From the NCBI GenBank assembly GCA_018263355.1, contig JAANXH010000054.1, positions 2,779 through 66,778 of the forward strand: 64,000 bases of DNA, given 5' to 3'. Below the pieces are notes generated by a model. That model was not told the origin of the DNA and did not search any database. It worked only from the letters and a program-made list of their open reading frames with translations. Origin of the DNA: Candidatus Woesearchaeota archaeon (GTDB taxonomy: Archaea > Nanobdellota > Nanobdellia > Woesearchaeales > JAGVZT01). Below are positions 9,568 to 18,825 of the stretch, piece by piece. Numbering within the stretch: position 1 is the stretch's first letter; the number at the start of each line of letters is the position of its first letter. The position numbers and the translations under genes are program-made.

Positions 9568-10320
9568 TTACATCATGTCACAAAAATATTGTGCAGTTTG
9601 ATTCTCTGCTGCGAATGAAATTCCATCCTCTACCAGTTTATTATTATCACATTTATATATTCTTGCTAGAACTTCTCTGCTGGAGTAATTGTTTGGTAAA
9701 CCTCTTCTTATTGTTTTTGCTGCTGTTTCAGGATCGCTAATTTCAGCCTGCACTATTCTTGTAAGAGTTGTTATAATATTAATCCTGTTGCTGTCAGCCT
9801 GCTCACCTTTTGGTAAATAACCAACTTTTGCAGCAATAAAATCAACTGGATCTGGAACAGAAATTGTCCCTTCTGCAAGATTTATTTGTCTTGCTCTTTC
9901 AAAGAAATCAGGACAAATAATATAATCTCCAAAATGAATAGTTGGTTTGACAGTTTTTGGATACCAGATATCTAATTCAGCCACTTCATCTCCATTCAAA
10001 AATTCTGCAGATGCTTTGTCCTCTCCACCATAACCATTGGCTAGTGTAGATTGTCTAAAATTTGTAACATATCTAATAAGAGAACCTAATGATTGTTCGT
10101 CTTTAAGTATTAAATCAAGGTCTGGTGTTCCATCTGGATTTGGAATATAATTAACGCCTGTTTGTAAAGCTAAAGCTAATACTCCAAATTCATCAACAGA
10201 TATCATATTTTCACATAATGCATGCAAATAATTTGATACTTCTAAAACATTAGCAACATCGGGTCTATTTTCTCTTAAACTAGTCATAACAGAATCCATA
10301 GTTAAATTTGTTTTTCCCAT
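9568..10320 (-). CDS. hypothetical protein
   Basis: 250 aa complete ORF, no motif recognised. Confidence 0.5.
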   Translation of the reverse strand: MGKTNLTMDSVMTSLRENRPDVANVLEVSNYLHALCENMISVDEFGVLALALQTGVNYIPNPDGTPDLDLILKDEQSLGSLIRYVTNFRQSTLANGYGGEDKASAEFLNGDEVAELDIWYPKTVKPTIHFGDYIICPDFFERARQINLAEGTISVPDPVDFIAAKVGYLPKGEQADSNRINIITTLTRIVQAEISDPETAAKTIRRGLPNNYSSREVLARIYKCDNNKLVEDGISFAAENQTAQYFCDMM

Positions 10321-10421
10321 ATATAAGTGAACTTACAACTCATATATAAATCTTACCAATTACACTACTTTAAAGTAATATCAACCTCAGATTTTTATAC
10401 TACTGGTATTTTCTATAGAAT

Positions 10422-11288
10422 ATGCAGGAGTTATACATAAAAAACAACAATCTCATACCAGAAAATGAATGGAGATCTATGATTAACAGATTGCAAAATG
10501 AAAAACCAACTAAACAAGTAAAACAAGCACTAATTGATGCAGTAAATCAAAGAGCAAAACAAAAAGTTGGTTTGCTATTTTCAGGAGGAGTTGATTCCAC
10601 AGTTCTAGCTTTAATCTTAAAACAATTAAATATTGATTTCAAATGTTTTGCAATTGGAATTAGAGGATCAAAAGATGTACAAAAGGCTGAAAAAATTGCA
10701 CAAAAACATAATCTTGACCTAAAAATAAAATACTACACACTAAAACAAATCCAAAAAACAGTTAAAAAAATAGTAAAGATATTTGAAACTTCTAACTATA
10801 TTAGAATAAGTGTTGGGACTGTTGTGTATGAAGCTGCTAAGTTTGCAAAACAAGAAGGTTATTCAAACATATTAACTGGCCTTGGTTCAGAAGAAATATT
10901 TGGTGGATATAGGCGTCATAAAGAATCTGATAATATTAATAAAGAATGCTGGCGAGGTCTCACTGATGTTATCTGGAGAAGAGACTTGCAAAGGGATGTA
11001 AAAATAGCTCAGGAATTGAGCATTGAGTTTAAAACACCTTTTTTGGACAAAGAACTAATTAAATCTGCAATGAGTATTCCTGGAAAAGAAAAAGTAAAAA
11101 ACAAAATATCAAAAATACCTTTAAGACAAATAGCTTTAGAACTGGGGCTTGAAAAAAAATATGCAATGAGAAAAAAAATAGCAGCACAATATGGCTCAGG
11201 CTTTGATAAAGCAATAGAAAAAATAGCTAAAATCAAAGGATTCAAGTATAAATCAGACTACATAGCTGAAGTTCTATCTAAGATTTAG
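10422..11288 (+). CDS. PP-loop ATP pyrophosphatase, asparagine-synthetase C-terminal-domain-like
   Basis: SGGVDS PP-loop; RRDLQRDVKIAQELSIEFKTPFLDKEL resembles AsnB C-domain; no glutaminase domain. Confidence 0.6.
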   Translation: MQELYIKNNNLIPENEWRSMINRLQNEKPTKQVKQALIDAVNQRAKQKVGLLFSGGVDSTVLALILKQLNIDFKCFAIGIRGSKDVQKAEKIAQKHNLDLKIKYYTLKQIQKTVKKIVKIFETSNYIRISVGTVVYEAAKFAKQEGYSNILTGLGSEEIFGGYRRHKESDNINKECWRGLTDVIWRRDLQRDVKIAQELSIEFKTPFLDKELIKSAMSIPGKEKVKNKISKIPLRQIALELGLEKKYAMRKKIAAQYGSGFDKAIEKIAKIKGFKYKSDYIAEVLSKI

Positions 11289-12359
11289 CTCAACAATATC
11301 TTTATCCTTAACCTCATAATCCAGACTTCTTATTTTTAGTCCAGGATACTTTGCACTGCCCCATATACGTGCATACTTGAACTTTGCAACAAAATCTTTG
11401 TGCAGTTTTTTGCAAATATCTTTTATAGTACCACCCTGTTCAATAATCAAAGCTTCATCCATATCAGGCTCTTTTCCAGGCTGTTTGCAATAAATTCTTA
11501 TTATTCCAAGTTTGCTGAAAATCAATTCCTTAAGCTCATCCAGGTTCTTATCCTCTTGTGCAGAAATAAATAAATCAGGTTTGATATCTTTTTTGAGTCT
11601 TTTAATCTCTTTTTTATCAAGCAAATCCTTTTTATTAATAACAATTAATGCAGGAACATAAACCTTATTATCTTCTAAAACATCTATTAATTGGTCTTCA
11701 TTAATCTTATCTCTAATAAGCACATCTCCATTGGTAATCTTAAACTCTCTTAGAATTCCAATAATTGTCTCTTTTTTAATATCCAGCTTTACAGTAGAAC
11801 TAAGATCTATGCCTCCTCTAGACTTTTTATCAATCTTAACATAAGGTTTTCTAGAATTTGCCCTAATTCCAATATTATACATCTCTTTTTTAATAATATC
11901 AAGATGCTCTGGTTTTGTTCCATCAAGCACTATAACAATAAGGTCAGCAATTCTTAAAACAGAAAATATCTCCCTTCCTCTGCCCTTACCTTTAGATGCA
12001 CCCTCAATAATACCTGGCACATCTAATATCTGAATATCTGCCCCCTGGTATTCTAAAGCACCAGGAATAACATCTAGAGTGGTAAAATCATAAGCACCGA
12101 CTTTGGACTCTGCATTTGTTAAACTGTTAATAAGAGTAGATTTACCAACAGAAGGAAAACCAACTAAAACAACAGTTGCATCACCTGTTTTTTTAACAGA
12201 ATAACCAGTGCCTTTAGCACCAGAACCAGAAGAACTCTCATCTCTTAATCTTGCAAGCTTTGCTTTCAATAATCCAATATGGTGCTGAGTAGCCTTGTTA
12301 TATTTAGTTTTCTTAAGTTCATCCTCAATTTCTTTGATTTTGTCCTCAGTAGATCCCAT
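11274..12359 (-). CDS. DRG/Obg-family GTPase with C-terminal TGS domain
   Basis: G1 GFPSVGKST, G3 DVPG, G4 NKKD, TGS-like C-terminus IRIYCKQPGKEPD. Confidence 0.85.
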   Translation of the reverse strand: MGSTEDKIKEIEDELKKTKYNKATQHHIGLLKAKLARLRDESSSGSGAKGTGYSVKKTGDATVVLVGFPSVGKSTLINSLTNAESKVGAYDFTTLDVIPGALEYQGADIQILDVPGIIEGASKGKGRGREIFSVLRIADLIVIVLDGTKPEHLDIIKKEMYNIGIRANSRKPYVKIDKKSRGGIDLSSTVKLDIKKETIIGILREFKITNGDVLIRDKINEDQLIDVLEDNKVYVPALIVINKKDLLDKKEIKRLKKDIKPDLFISAQEDKNLDELKELIFSKLGIIRIYCKQPGKEPDMDEALIIEQGGTIKDICKKLHKDFVAKFKYARIWGSAKYPGLKIRSLDYEVKDKDIVELNLR

Positions 12360-12407
12360 AACTAAATGGAGAATAGATTTATTTAAAAGATTTATGTATA
12401 AGATATA

Positions 12408-12688
12408 TTACTCAGAATGCGTTGGGTCTAAATCCCCTGGCTGTCGGGAAGCATAGCTTCCTGAGCATGATCAGAAATCATAGATTTCTGACATTTAGCC
12501 CGTAGCATTATGAGTCTGAAAATCTGCTTATCAAAGTGAAGAGCGTAAAAGCTCCCACCTCTCAGAAATTTTAAATTTCTGATGATGGTTGCCAGAGCAA
12601 CCTATGAATGTTAATGAATATGATCAGAAAACTTTGTTTTCCGACATTTAGGTGGGAGATAAGATCTGAACAGCAGATTTTCTTTATA
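12408..12688. repeat. structured repeat family A, copy 1 (expanded by internal insertions)
   Basis: shares ttactcagaatgcgttgggtctaaa..gagtctgaaaatctgcttatcaaagtgaagagcgtaaaagc..ctgaacagcagattttcttta with 23741-23927 and 28964-29104; stem ctcccacct/aggtgggag covaries with cccccacct/aggtggggg. Confidence 0.7.
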
Positions 12689-12696
12689 AAATAAAA

Positions 12697-12982
12697 TGGG
12701 CTCAGAGGGACTTTCATAAACATTTAATTAAGCTAACCAAAGTTTTAACAATGCATTTGATTGTGTCGTGGTAATTTTGTGTTGATTATTCACCACGTAA
12801 AGGGACTTCAAGTCCCTTATGTTTTGGTCAAACCCAAGGAAAACATAGTTTTCCTGGCACAGGAAATTTTTGATTTCCCGGTGTTTTCTTAAAAGTTTGA
12901 TTTGAACCCTCGACCTATTAACCCAGTTTTAATAACTGTCTGGTTAAGAGCCAGTTGCTCTACCTAGCTAAGCTATGAGCCC
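12697..12982 (-). tRNA. intron-containing tRNA, anticodon CTT (Lys) inferred; about 190-nt intron after the T-loop plus extra insert 3' of anticodon arm
   Basis: 5' exon GGGCTCA ta GCTT AGCTAGGTA GAGC..CTGG CTCTTAA CCAG..GAGGG TTCAAAT; 3' exon CCCTC TGAGCCC A at 12697-12709 exactly complements T-stem and acceptor (12-nt match). Confidence 0.4.
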
Positions 12983-13034
12983 ACTTTTAGTTAATGAAAA
13001 AGAGGCAAATAAAAGGTTATAAATCTTTTGGAAT

Positions 13035-15770
13035 CTACCTTGCATAGCTTTCTAATTCTGCACTGTTTCCATTAAACACATTCGCATCAACCCTTCCACC
13101 AATACCACTGACAGAACTATGAGAATTAATTTGCCAAAAATCCCATTTGCTCCAAGTATTTGGAACCATTGGACAATCAGTCTCCCAATGAGCTACCCAT
13201 AAAGGATATTCTGAAAATTCATCAGAACCAATACTTCCCCACATTCCAGGGCTTGTATAAATCATTGGTTTTATTCCAGTTCTATCCTCTACAGTTTCCA
13301 AGAATAATGCCAGATTTTCCTGCCATTGTGATGCAGGAGCATCTCTTGAAGCTTGACTGTAAAACTCTACATCAGCAACAGGAGGCAGTTCCCCATAGTC
13401 AGAACCCATAACATTAACAAAATGTTCAGCTTGTGCTCTACCATTAACATGAGGTAAGAAAAAGTGATAAGCTCCTCTTAGAATTCCATTAGATTCAGCT
13501 TCTTGCCAATTTGTTGCAAACGTATTATCAGTAAAATCATTTCCTTCTGTAGCTTTCATAAATGCAAACTCTATTCTATCTGCAGCAACAGCACTCCAAT
13601 CAATAGCATCATTATGATGAGATATATCAATACCCTTTGCTCTGTCTGTTTCAGCACAAAGTTCTGTGTTTCCAATTCCTGAAAAACTACTTGAAGCACT
13701 GCCAGAACTTCCAGAAGTGCCTTGTCCAAAACTTTGTGCAGGTGTTCCATCAGGATTACAACCAGCACCATCAATTCCACCTTCTTTAAACTGCCAGAAT
13801 CTCATATAAAATCCATCTGGGTATTCATCTGTTGTAACCAAAATCCAACAATCTCCATTATTTAACGCTGAGCCAATGACCAATAATTCGGTGTCTGAAG
13901 AGAATTGCATACCATTTTTGTATTGCATACATGGATAATCTCCATAATAATCACACCATTCCAATGTTCTGGTATCTGTTTGTTTTTCAATGGTAAAACT
14001 TTTTCCCATAAAATCTTCTTCAAAGTTTTCTGGGCAGGTAGGATATTCTGTAGGTATACTATCTCCACAATCAACATTAGTTCCTCTAACTGGGCCTAGT
14101 GGATTAGGTCCTGGTGGAACATCTTCTACTGGAACCCAGATATAGTATGTTATTGTTTCAGTTTCATATTCAACAGTGTGCTCTATACATTCTGCCATTT
14201 CTGTTTCCCAAGGATCACAATCAGGACAAAGCTTAGGTACTTCACGTGCGGGCTCTCCAACATCTTCAGATTCACAAAGTAGATAAGATTCCTCAAGATT
14301 TACTCCAAATCCACTGAAAGTAAACTCTATTCCAAACTTTAGGCAAGCATCTTTAGGTTCATCTAGGTTTCCTGCACTTGAATCATAGGGTTGTGTTGCA
14401 TCTTGAAAATCACTTAGATCAATTAAACACCAATCATCACTATCTGGAGTACAAACAGCATTTAGAACCATATCTTCATCACCAGATATATCGTTATCTG
14501 TATCTGTCCATCCAATTACAGGATCTCTATCTTCTCTAGTCCATATACAAGAGTCTCCTTTATCCGCAAATATTACCTGATTGTCATTTCTGTATCGTTC
14601 AAACTCATATCTGTCATAATAAAAATAATCCTCTGTACAATCACAATCACTTGTTGATCCTACATCATCGCAAGTCCCAGTGCAATCTCCATTACAGCTA
14701 CTGCAACTACTGACTGGTCTGGTTCCTTTTGTAGGTCCTTCACAAGTATCTCCTTCTCCTTCACCAACATCCTGATCAATATCTGATGACTGAATATATA
14801 ATTCTCCAGGAATCTCTGAAGGAGGATCGGGAGGACGTTCTGTCCAACCACCACACACTTGACAATCTTCAGTAATTATATTATCAATCTGTAAAACACT
14901 TGCATCATCTTCTTCTGTACATCTTAGCATTACTCCAAAAGGTGTAAAGTGTGTAGTTCTAGCTCTTATCACATTATTTTCCTCATCTACTTCTGAGGAT
15001 TCTAATGATACCCAAATATCTAAATCTTTATTATAATATCCTAATGTTAAATTCCCTTCACCAATAGTTGAAGGCACATCTTTTTGATGATAATTAATAA
15101 CTAATTCTACTGGATTTGAAAACTCTGCACCATCTGGCAATCCTCTGTATGCTAGCTTGCTCTTCCGATCTAAATTAGATAAATCATCAAACTCTCTGTC
15201 AAGTACTTCTATTCCTACTTCATCTGATCCACTTAGAGTTGTGCCAGGAGGTACAATAATCTGAAAATTACTATCTGAGGAAGTAATTAGTGTTTCTTGT
15301 GAAGTTTTAATTTTTTCAAATGTTTTTCTAGGTAGCACATAGTTTTGCTCCTTAAATTTTATAGTTGCATCTTGTTTTGTAAGTTCAATTGGAAATTGTA
15401 AATTTACATCAACTGTTTCCTCATTAATATTGGCCTGAACAGTAACTTCTCCTTCTTTGACTTCATATCCCTGTTCTATATATGAGGGAAGACCTTTTGT
15501 GCATCCAAGTATATTGCGAGACACATAATGTTCTATCCAGTCTTCTGAAACATCTTCATCAATACCATATGAAACCATTGCATCATTTGAGACTAATTCA
15601 AGACAAGATCCCATAAAATAATTCAATGATTCCTGTGTTTTTTTTGTATCGCTGATTTTTGGAAAATTCGGCTCTCCTTGACTTTTAGAAATTAAAAAAA
15701 AAGTACTAACTCCAACAATTAAAACAATACCTACAATAAGAAAAATACTAATTTGTGATTTTGAACCCAT
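13035..15770 (-). CDS. giant membrane-anchored cysteine-rich surface protein with C-terminal GH25 muramidase domain
   Basis: N-terminal TM SIFLIVGIVLIVGVSTFF; paralog of 15839-18217 over about 650 aa; C-terminal GIDISHHNDAIDWSAVAADRIEFAFMKATEGNDFTDNTFATNWQEAESNGILRGAYHFF (GH25). Confidence 0.8.
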   Translation of the reverse strand: MGSKSQISIFLIVGIVLIVGVSTFFLISKSQGEPNFPKISDTKKTQESLNYFMGSCLELVSNDAMVSYGIDEDVSEDWIEHYVSRNILGCTKGLPSYIEQGYEVKEGEVTVQANINEETVDVNLQFPIELTKQDATIKFKEQNYVLPRKTFEKIKTSQETLITSSDSNFQIIVPPGTTLSGSDEVGIEVLDREFDDLSNLDRKSKLAYRGLPDGAEFSNPVELVINYHQKDVPSTIGEGNLTLGYYNKDLDIWVSLESSEVDEENNVIRARTTHFTPFGVMLRCTEEDDASVLQIDNIITEDCQVCGGWTERPPDPPSEIPGELYIQSSDIDQDVGEGEGDTCEGPTKGTRPVSSCSSCNGDCTGTCDDVGSTSDCDCTEDYFYYDRYEFERYRNDNQVIFADKGDSCIWTREDRDPVIGWTDTDNDISGDEDMVLNAVCTPDSDDWCLIDLSDFQDATQPYDSSAGNLDEPKDACLKFGIEFTFSGFGVNLEESYLLCESEDVGEPAREVPKLCPDCDPWETEMAECIEHTVEYETETITYYIWVPVEDVPPGPNPLGPVRGTNVDCGDSIPTEYPTCPENFEEDFMGKSFTIEKQTDTRTLEWCDYYGDYPCMQYKNGMQFSSDTELLVIGSALNNGDCWILVTTDEYPDGFYMRFWQFKEGGIDGAGCNPDGTPAQSFGQGTSGSSGSASSSFSGIGNTELCAETDRAKGIDISHHNDAIDWSAVAADRIEFAFMKATEGNDFTDNTFATNWQEAESNGILRGAYHFFLPHVNGRAQAEHFVNVMGSDYGELPPVADVEFYSQASRDAPASQWQENLALFLETVEDRTGIKPMIYTSPGMWGSIGSDEFSEYPLWVAHWETDCPMVPNTWSKWDFWQINSHSSVSGIGGRVDANVFNGNSAELESYAR

Positions 15771-15838
15771 AATAATACCTCCTTTTTTAATTTACTACAT
15801 AAAACTATTAATAAATCTTTCTTAAACTAGATATTATA

Positions 15839-18217
15839 CTAAGGTAACACACATTGGTTATTTTCACAAATCTTGTCTGTATAAAACCCACCTAATCCTT
15901 GATTTTCAATACTGCAATCTGTTTCCGAAATATCTCCAATACAACGCTGACTTGGAAGAGATATACTGCAGCAACCCAGCATAGAGTTTTCACATTCAGG
16001 TACTTCACTGCATTTCTTTCCCTCTTGAAATCCATTACTGCACTCACTTTCTATTGTGTATTCACATGTATCACAGCATCCCATTATCTTATCTGTGCAA
16101 ACCTCAAGATCTGTGCAGCTCTCATCTGGATAAGGACTAGTTAAACTTCCTTCACATTCACTGCTTTCATGATACTCAAAACATCCATCTCCAAAACTAA
16201 ACATCTTAACACAGCATCCGTTATCTTCAGCTGTACCAAAAGCCTGATCCTCTCTTATCCAGAAATCTAATTTCCAAGTTGTTCCATCTAAAGTAACTTG
16301 ATCCTGTGCTTCAACTAATAACCAACATATCTCATCAACAATTGCAGACCCAACAATAATTAATTCTGTTTTAGAGTTGTATGAAGCCCAGCTCTTATAC
16401 TGCATCTGAGGATAATCACCATATCTATCATCAAAATCATCTCTGCTTCTTGTGTCAAGCTCTTTCTCAGTTGTAAAAACTAATCCTTCATATTTTTCTT
16501 TATAATTCTCACAAGGAGGATTGCTTCCCAGTGTGCCACCAGTATAAGTATTAACATTAATTCTATCTTGCATATTCTCTGTTGTGCCATCATTAATTTG
16601 AGCATCTGCTTGAGCTACCCAAACACATTCATCAGGCACAACATTACAAACACAATCAGACATAATAGTTTCTCTGGGGTTACCTCCAATTATTGGCATT
16701 TCTTGTGATTCATCGTCTGATTCACAAACATAATAAGAACCCTTTTCTTGAATACCAAATCCACTATACTGAACAGTTGAGCCTTGTTTTAATTCAGCAT
16801 CCTCTCCATCATTTTTTGCCACTAATTTATATGATAAAATATTGTCTTTTAATTCTTCACCTTCAATTAGACACGTGTCATCTTCCCCAGATAAACAATT
16901 TGAGAAAATAACAATATCCTTGTTAATATCAGAAGGATCTGAACTAGGATTATTTGAATCAAATATTGCTATCTGAACATCTTCTTCTTCATCTTCTTCC
17001 CAAATACAAGAATTACCTTTTTCTGCATAGGTTATCTGTATATCTCTTTCTCCTTCAAAATTCTCATTATCATAATAATAGTAATATGAATTACATTCAC
17101 AGGTTTCTGGAGTTCCAGAGCAAAGGCATTCTGCTGGACAAGAAGGACAGTTATCAACTTCATATAATACCTCTTCTCGACCTAAGCAGGATTCTAAAGG
17201 ATCTCCTAAACCCTGGTCTTTTACAATATCTACTGCTTCAATAAACAGTTTATCCTCCCTTCCACCAGGAACCTCTCCAAACTCCCAACCCTCAGCTGTT
17301 TCACAATCTTCTTTTACTGCTAAATGTATGTAGTTTTCAGTAATATCGTCTTTTTCAGTACATCTAATAACAATTGCATAAGGGGTAAAATGATCTGTTT
17401 CTGCTACAAGTTTGTTTTCTTCTGTATCAACTTCTGTTGGAAGAGCAAGCCATACACCAGATTCATCATCATAATAAGCAATTTTTAAGGACTCTTCATC
17501 TACAGTTGAAGGCACTTCATAATCATTATACAGCATGTTTAATTCAACAGGTTCTGAAAACCGTGCTCCATGCGGCATTGCAGAAAAAACAAGCATATTC
17601 ATAACAACATTATTTTTCAGATTATTAAACTCTCTATCCAGAACTTTTACTCCAACCTTTTGATCAGCACTAGTTAATTGTGTTCCTGGTTGTATTATCA
17701 TCTGAAACTCTTGATGTGGGGATGTGATTAATGTTTCTTCATATTGCTTAATTTCTTCCCATTTAATTCTCGACAACTGATAGTTTTGTTTTTTAAACTT
17801 GATAGTAGAATCCCCTTTAACCATTGTTATGGGATATTCTAGGTCCACCAATAATGCTTTTTCTTTTATCTCAACATCAACCTCAATCTCTCCTGTGGTA
17901 ATATCAAAGCCCAAATCTCTAAACATATTAAGATTATCTGTACACTCTGCAAGATTCTCTTTGATTTGGTTCTCAATCAGCCCATCACTTACCCCAGGAC
18001 GTAGTCCATAATCATGCACCCCTTGGTTAGCAGTATCTTCTAAGCAAGATCGTATCAAAAAATTCAATGAATCTTGATTACCTTTAAGATTAATAGTTCC
18101 TTCTAGATCTGGATTAACTACTCCTTGTGTTTTATTAAATAATATCAGAGTAATTGAAACAAGAAAAATTAATCCAATTATTAGAAATACAGTTATTTCA
18201 CCTTTTTTGTTATGCAT
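15839..18217 (-). CDS. giant membrane-anchored cysteine-rich surface protein, paralog of the upstream gene, with Cys-rich C-terminal repeats instead of GH25
   Basis: shared blocks FKKQNY, HFTP(F/Y), RCTE(E/K)DD, SGFG, YGDYPxMQYK; C-terminal CCDTCEY..GCCSIS. Confidence 0.8.
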   Translation of the reverse strand: MHNKKGEITVFLIIGLIFLVSITLILFNKTQGVVNPDLEGTINLKGNQDSLNFLIRSCLEDTANQGVHDYGLRPGVSDGLIENQIKENLAECTDNLNMFRDLGFDITTGEIEVDVEIKEKALLVDLEYPITMVKGDSTIKFKKQNYQLSRIKWEEIKQYEETLITSPHQEFQMIIQPGTQLTSADQKVGVKVLDREFNNLKNNVVMNMLVFSAMPHGARFSEPVELNMLYNDYEVPSTVDEESLKIAYYDDESGVWLALPTEVDTEENKLVAETDHFTPYAIVIRCTEKDDITENYIHLAVKEDCETAEGWEFGEVPGGREDKLFIEAVDIVKDQGLGDPLESCLGREEVLYEVDNCPSCPAECLCSGTPETCECNSYYYYYDNENFEGERDIQITYAEKGNSCIWEEDEEEDVQIAIFDSNNPSSDPSDINKDIVIFSNCLSGEDDTCLIEGEELKDNILSYKLVAKNDGEDAELKQGSTVQYSGFGIQEKGSYYVCESDDESQEMPIIGGNPRETIMSDCVCNVVPDECVWVAQADAQINDGTTENMQDRINVNTYTGGTLGSNPPCENYKEKYEGLVFTTEKELDTRSRDDFDDRYGDYPQMQYKSWASYNSKTELIIVGSAIVDEICWLLVEAQDQVTLDGTTWKLDFWIREDQAFGTAEDNGCCVKMFSFGDGCFEYHESSECEGSLTSPYPDESCTDLEVCTDKIMGCCDTCEYTIESECSNGFQEGKKCSEVPECENSMLGCCSISLPSQRCIGDISETDCSIENQGLGGFYTDKICENNQCVLP

Positions 18218-18269
18218 ATATAAATATTCTCATGAATCTTATTTAAATAATTTATGGAAAAAAAGAAAG

Positions 18270-18468
18270 AGCGGGAGGAGGGACTTTCAATACCTTTTTC
18301 CAAAGTGGATTCGACGTAGTCGAAGACACCTGCTTTTGGTGCAACTTTTAAGCGAAGCGGTAAAAGGTGCATTTGAACCCTCGGATCGTCGGGATCTATC
18401 AGTCATAGCAAAAATGCTCTTCATCCCGTTGCAGCCGACTGCCTTAAACCGGACTTGGCCACTCCCGC
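18270..18468 (-). tRNA. tRNA-Cys (anticodon GCA) with canonical 37/38 intron (about 35 nt) and a second about 88-nt intron after the T-loop
   Basis: GCGGGAG tg GCC AAGTCCGGTTTAA GGC a GTCGG CTGCAA [intron] c CCGAC GATCC GAGGG TTCAAAT [intron] CCCTC CTCCCGC T; all four stems pair. Confidence 0.55.
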
Positions 18469-18472
18469 AATA

Positions 18473-18730
18473 TGGACCCGAAGGGACTTTCGACAATCCT
18501 AAAACCAACTCGTACCGTGGTTATTTAGTTTTCATATCTTCCACGTCAAGGGGCTTAGGCCCCTTATGTTTTGGTCGAGCTTTTTTTAAAAGATCGATTC
18601 GAACCCTTGATCTACAGCTGTCTGTAATCGCGGATTTCCGAGCAAATCTCGGTTCCCTCAATCTTAGAAGGCTGTCGCCTTATTTGCCCAAACCTTTATT
18701 CAAAGTTCACCAGGCTAGGCTACGGGTCCA
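18473..18730 (-). tRNA. tRNA with anticodon TCT (Arg) inferred; D-loop, 37/38 and T-loop introns
   Basis: GGACCCG ta GCCT AGCCTGGT[insert]AGGC g ACAGC CTTCTA[intron]a GCTGT AGATC AAGGG TTCGAAT [intron 18486-18596] CCCTT CGGGTCC A. Confidence 0.4.
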
Positions 18731-18825
18731 TATAGATTAGTGCTTTTATATAATATATAAATTTTTCTTATAGAAACACCACTTTTATCAAAACCTTTAA
18801 AAAAAACCACATTCTCCTAAAATAT

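Noticed and set aside
13160-14854. Several 60-90 aa ORFs on either strand inside the 911-aa gene (13160-13411, 13571-13780, 13862-14099, 14660-14854)
   Set aside because: They lie within the long conserved surface-protein ORF, whose minus-strand frame has the paralog and GH25 support.
18290-18740. Initial impression that the 450-nt GC-rich non-coding block is an RNase P or SRP RNA (GAAAGTCC-like and GGTAAAAGGTGCA-like strings)
   Set aside because: The motifs lie on opposite strands and in the wrong order. The block resolves instead into two adjacent intron-containing tRNA genes whose exons pair exactly.
18207-18740. 177-aa plus-strand ORF in the ORF track
   Set aside because: It lies entirely over the tRNA-Cys and tRNA-Arg loci in a GC-rich non-coding block, and its composition is atypical, so it is probably spurious.
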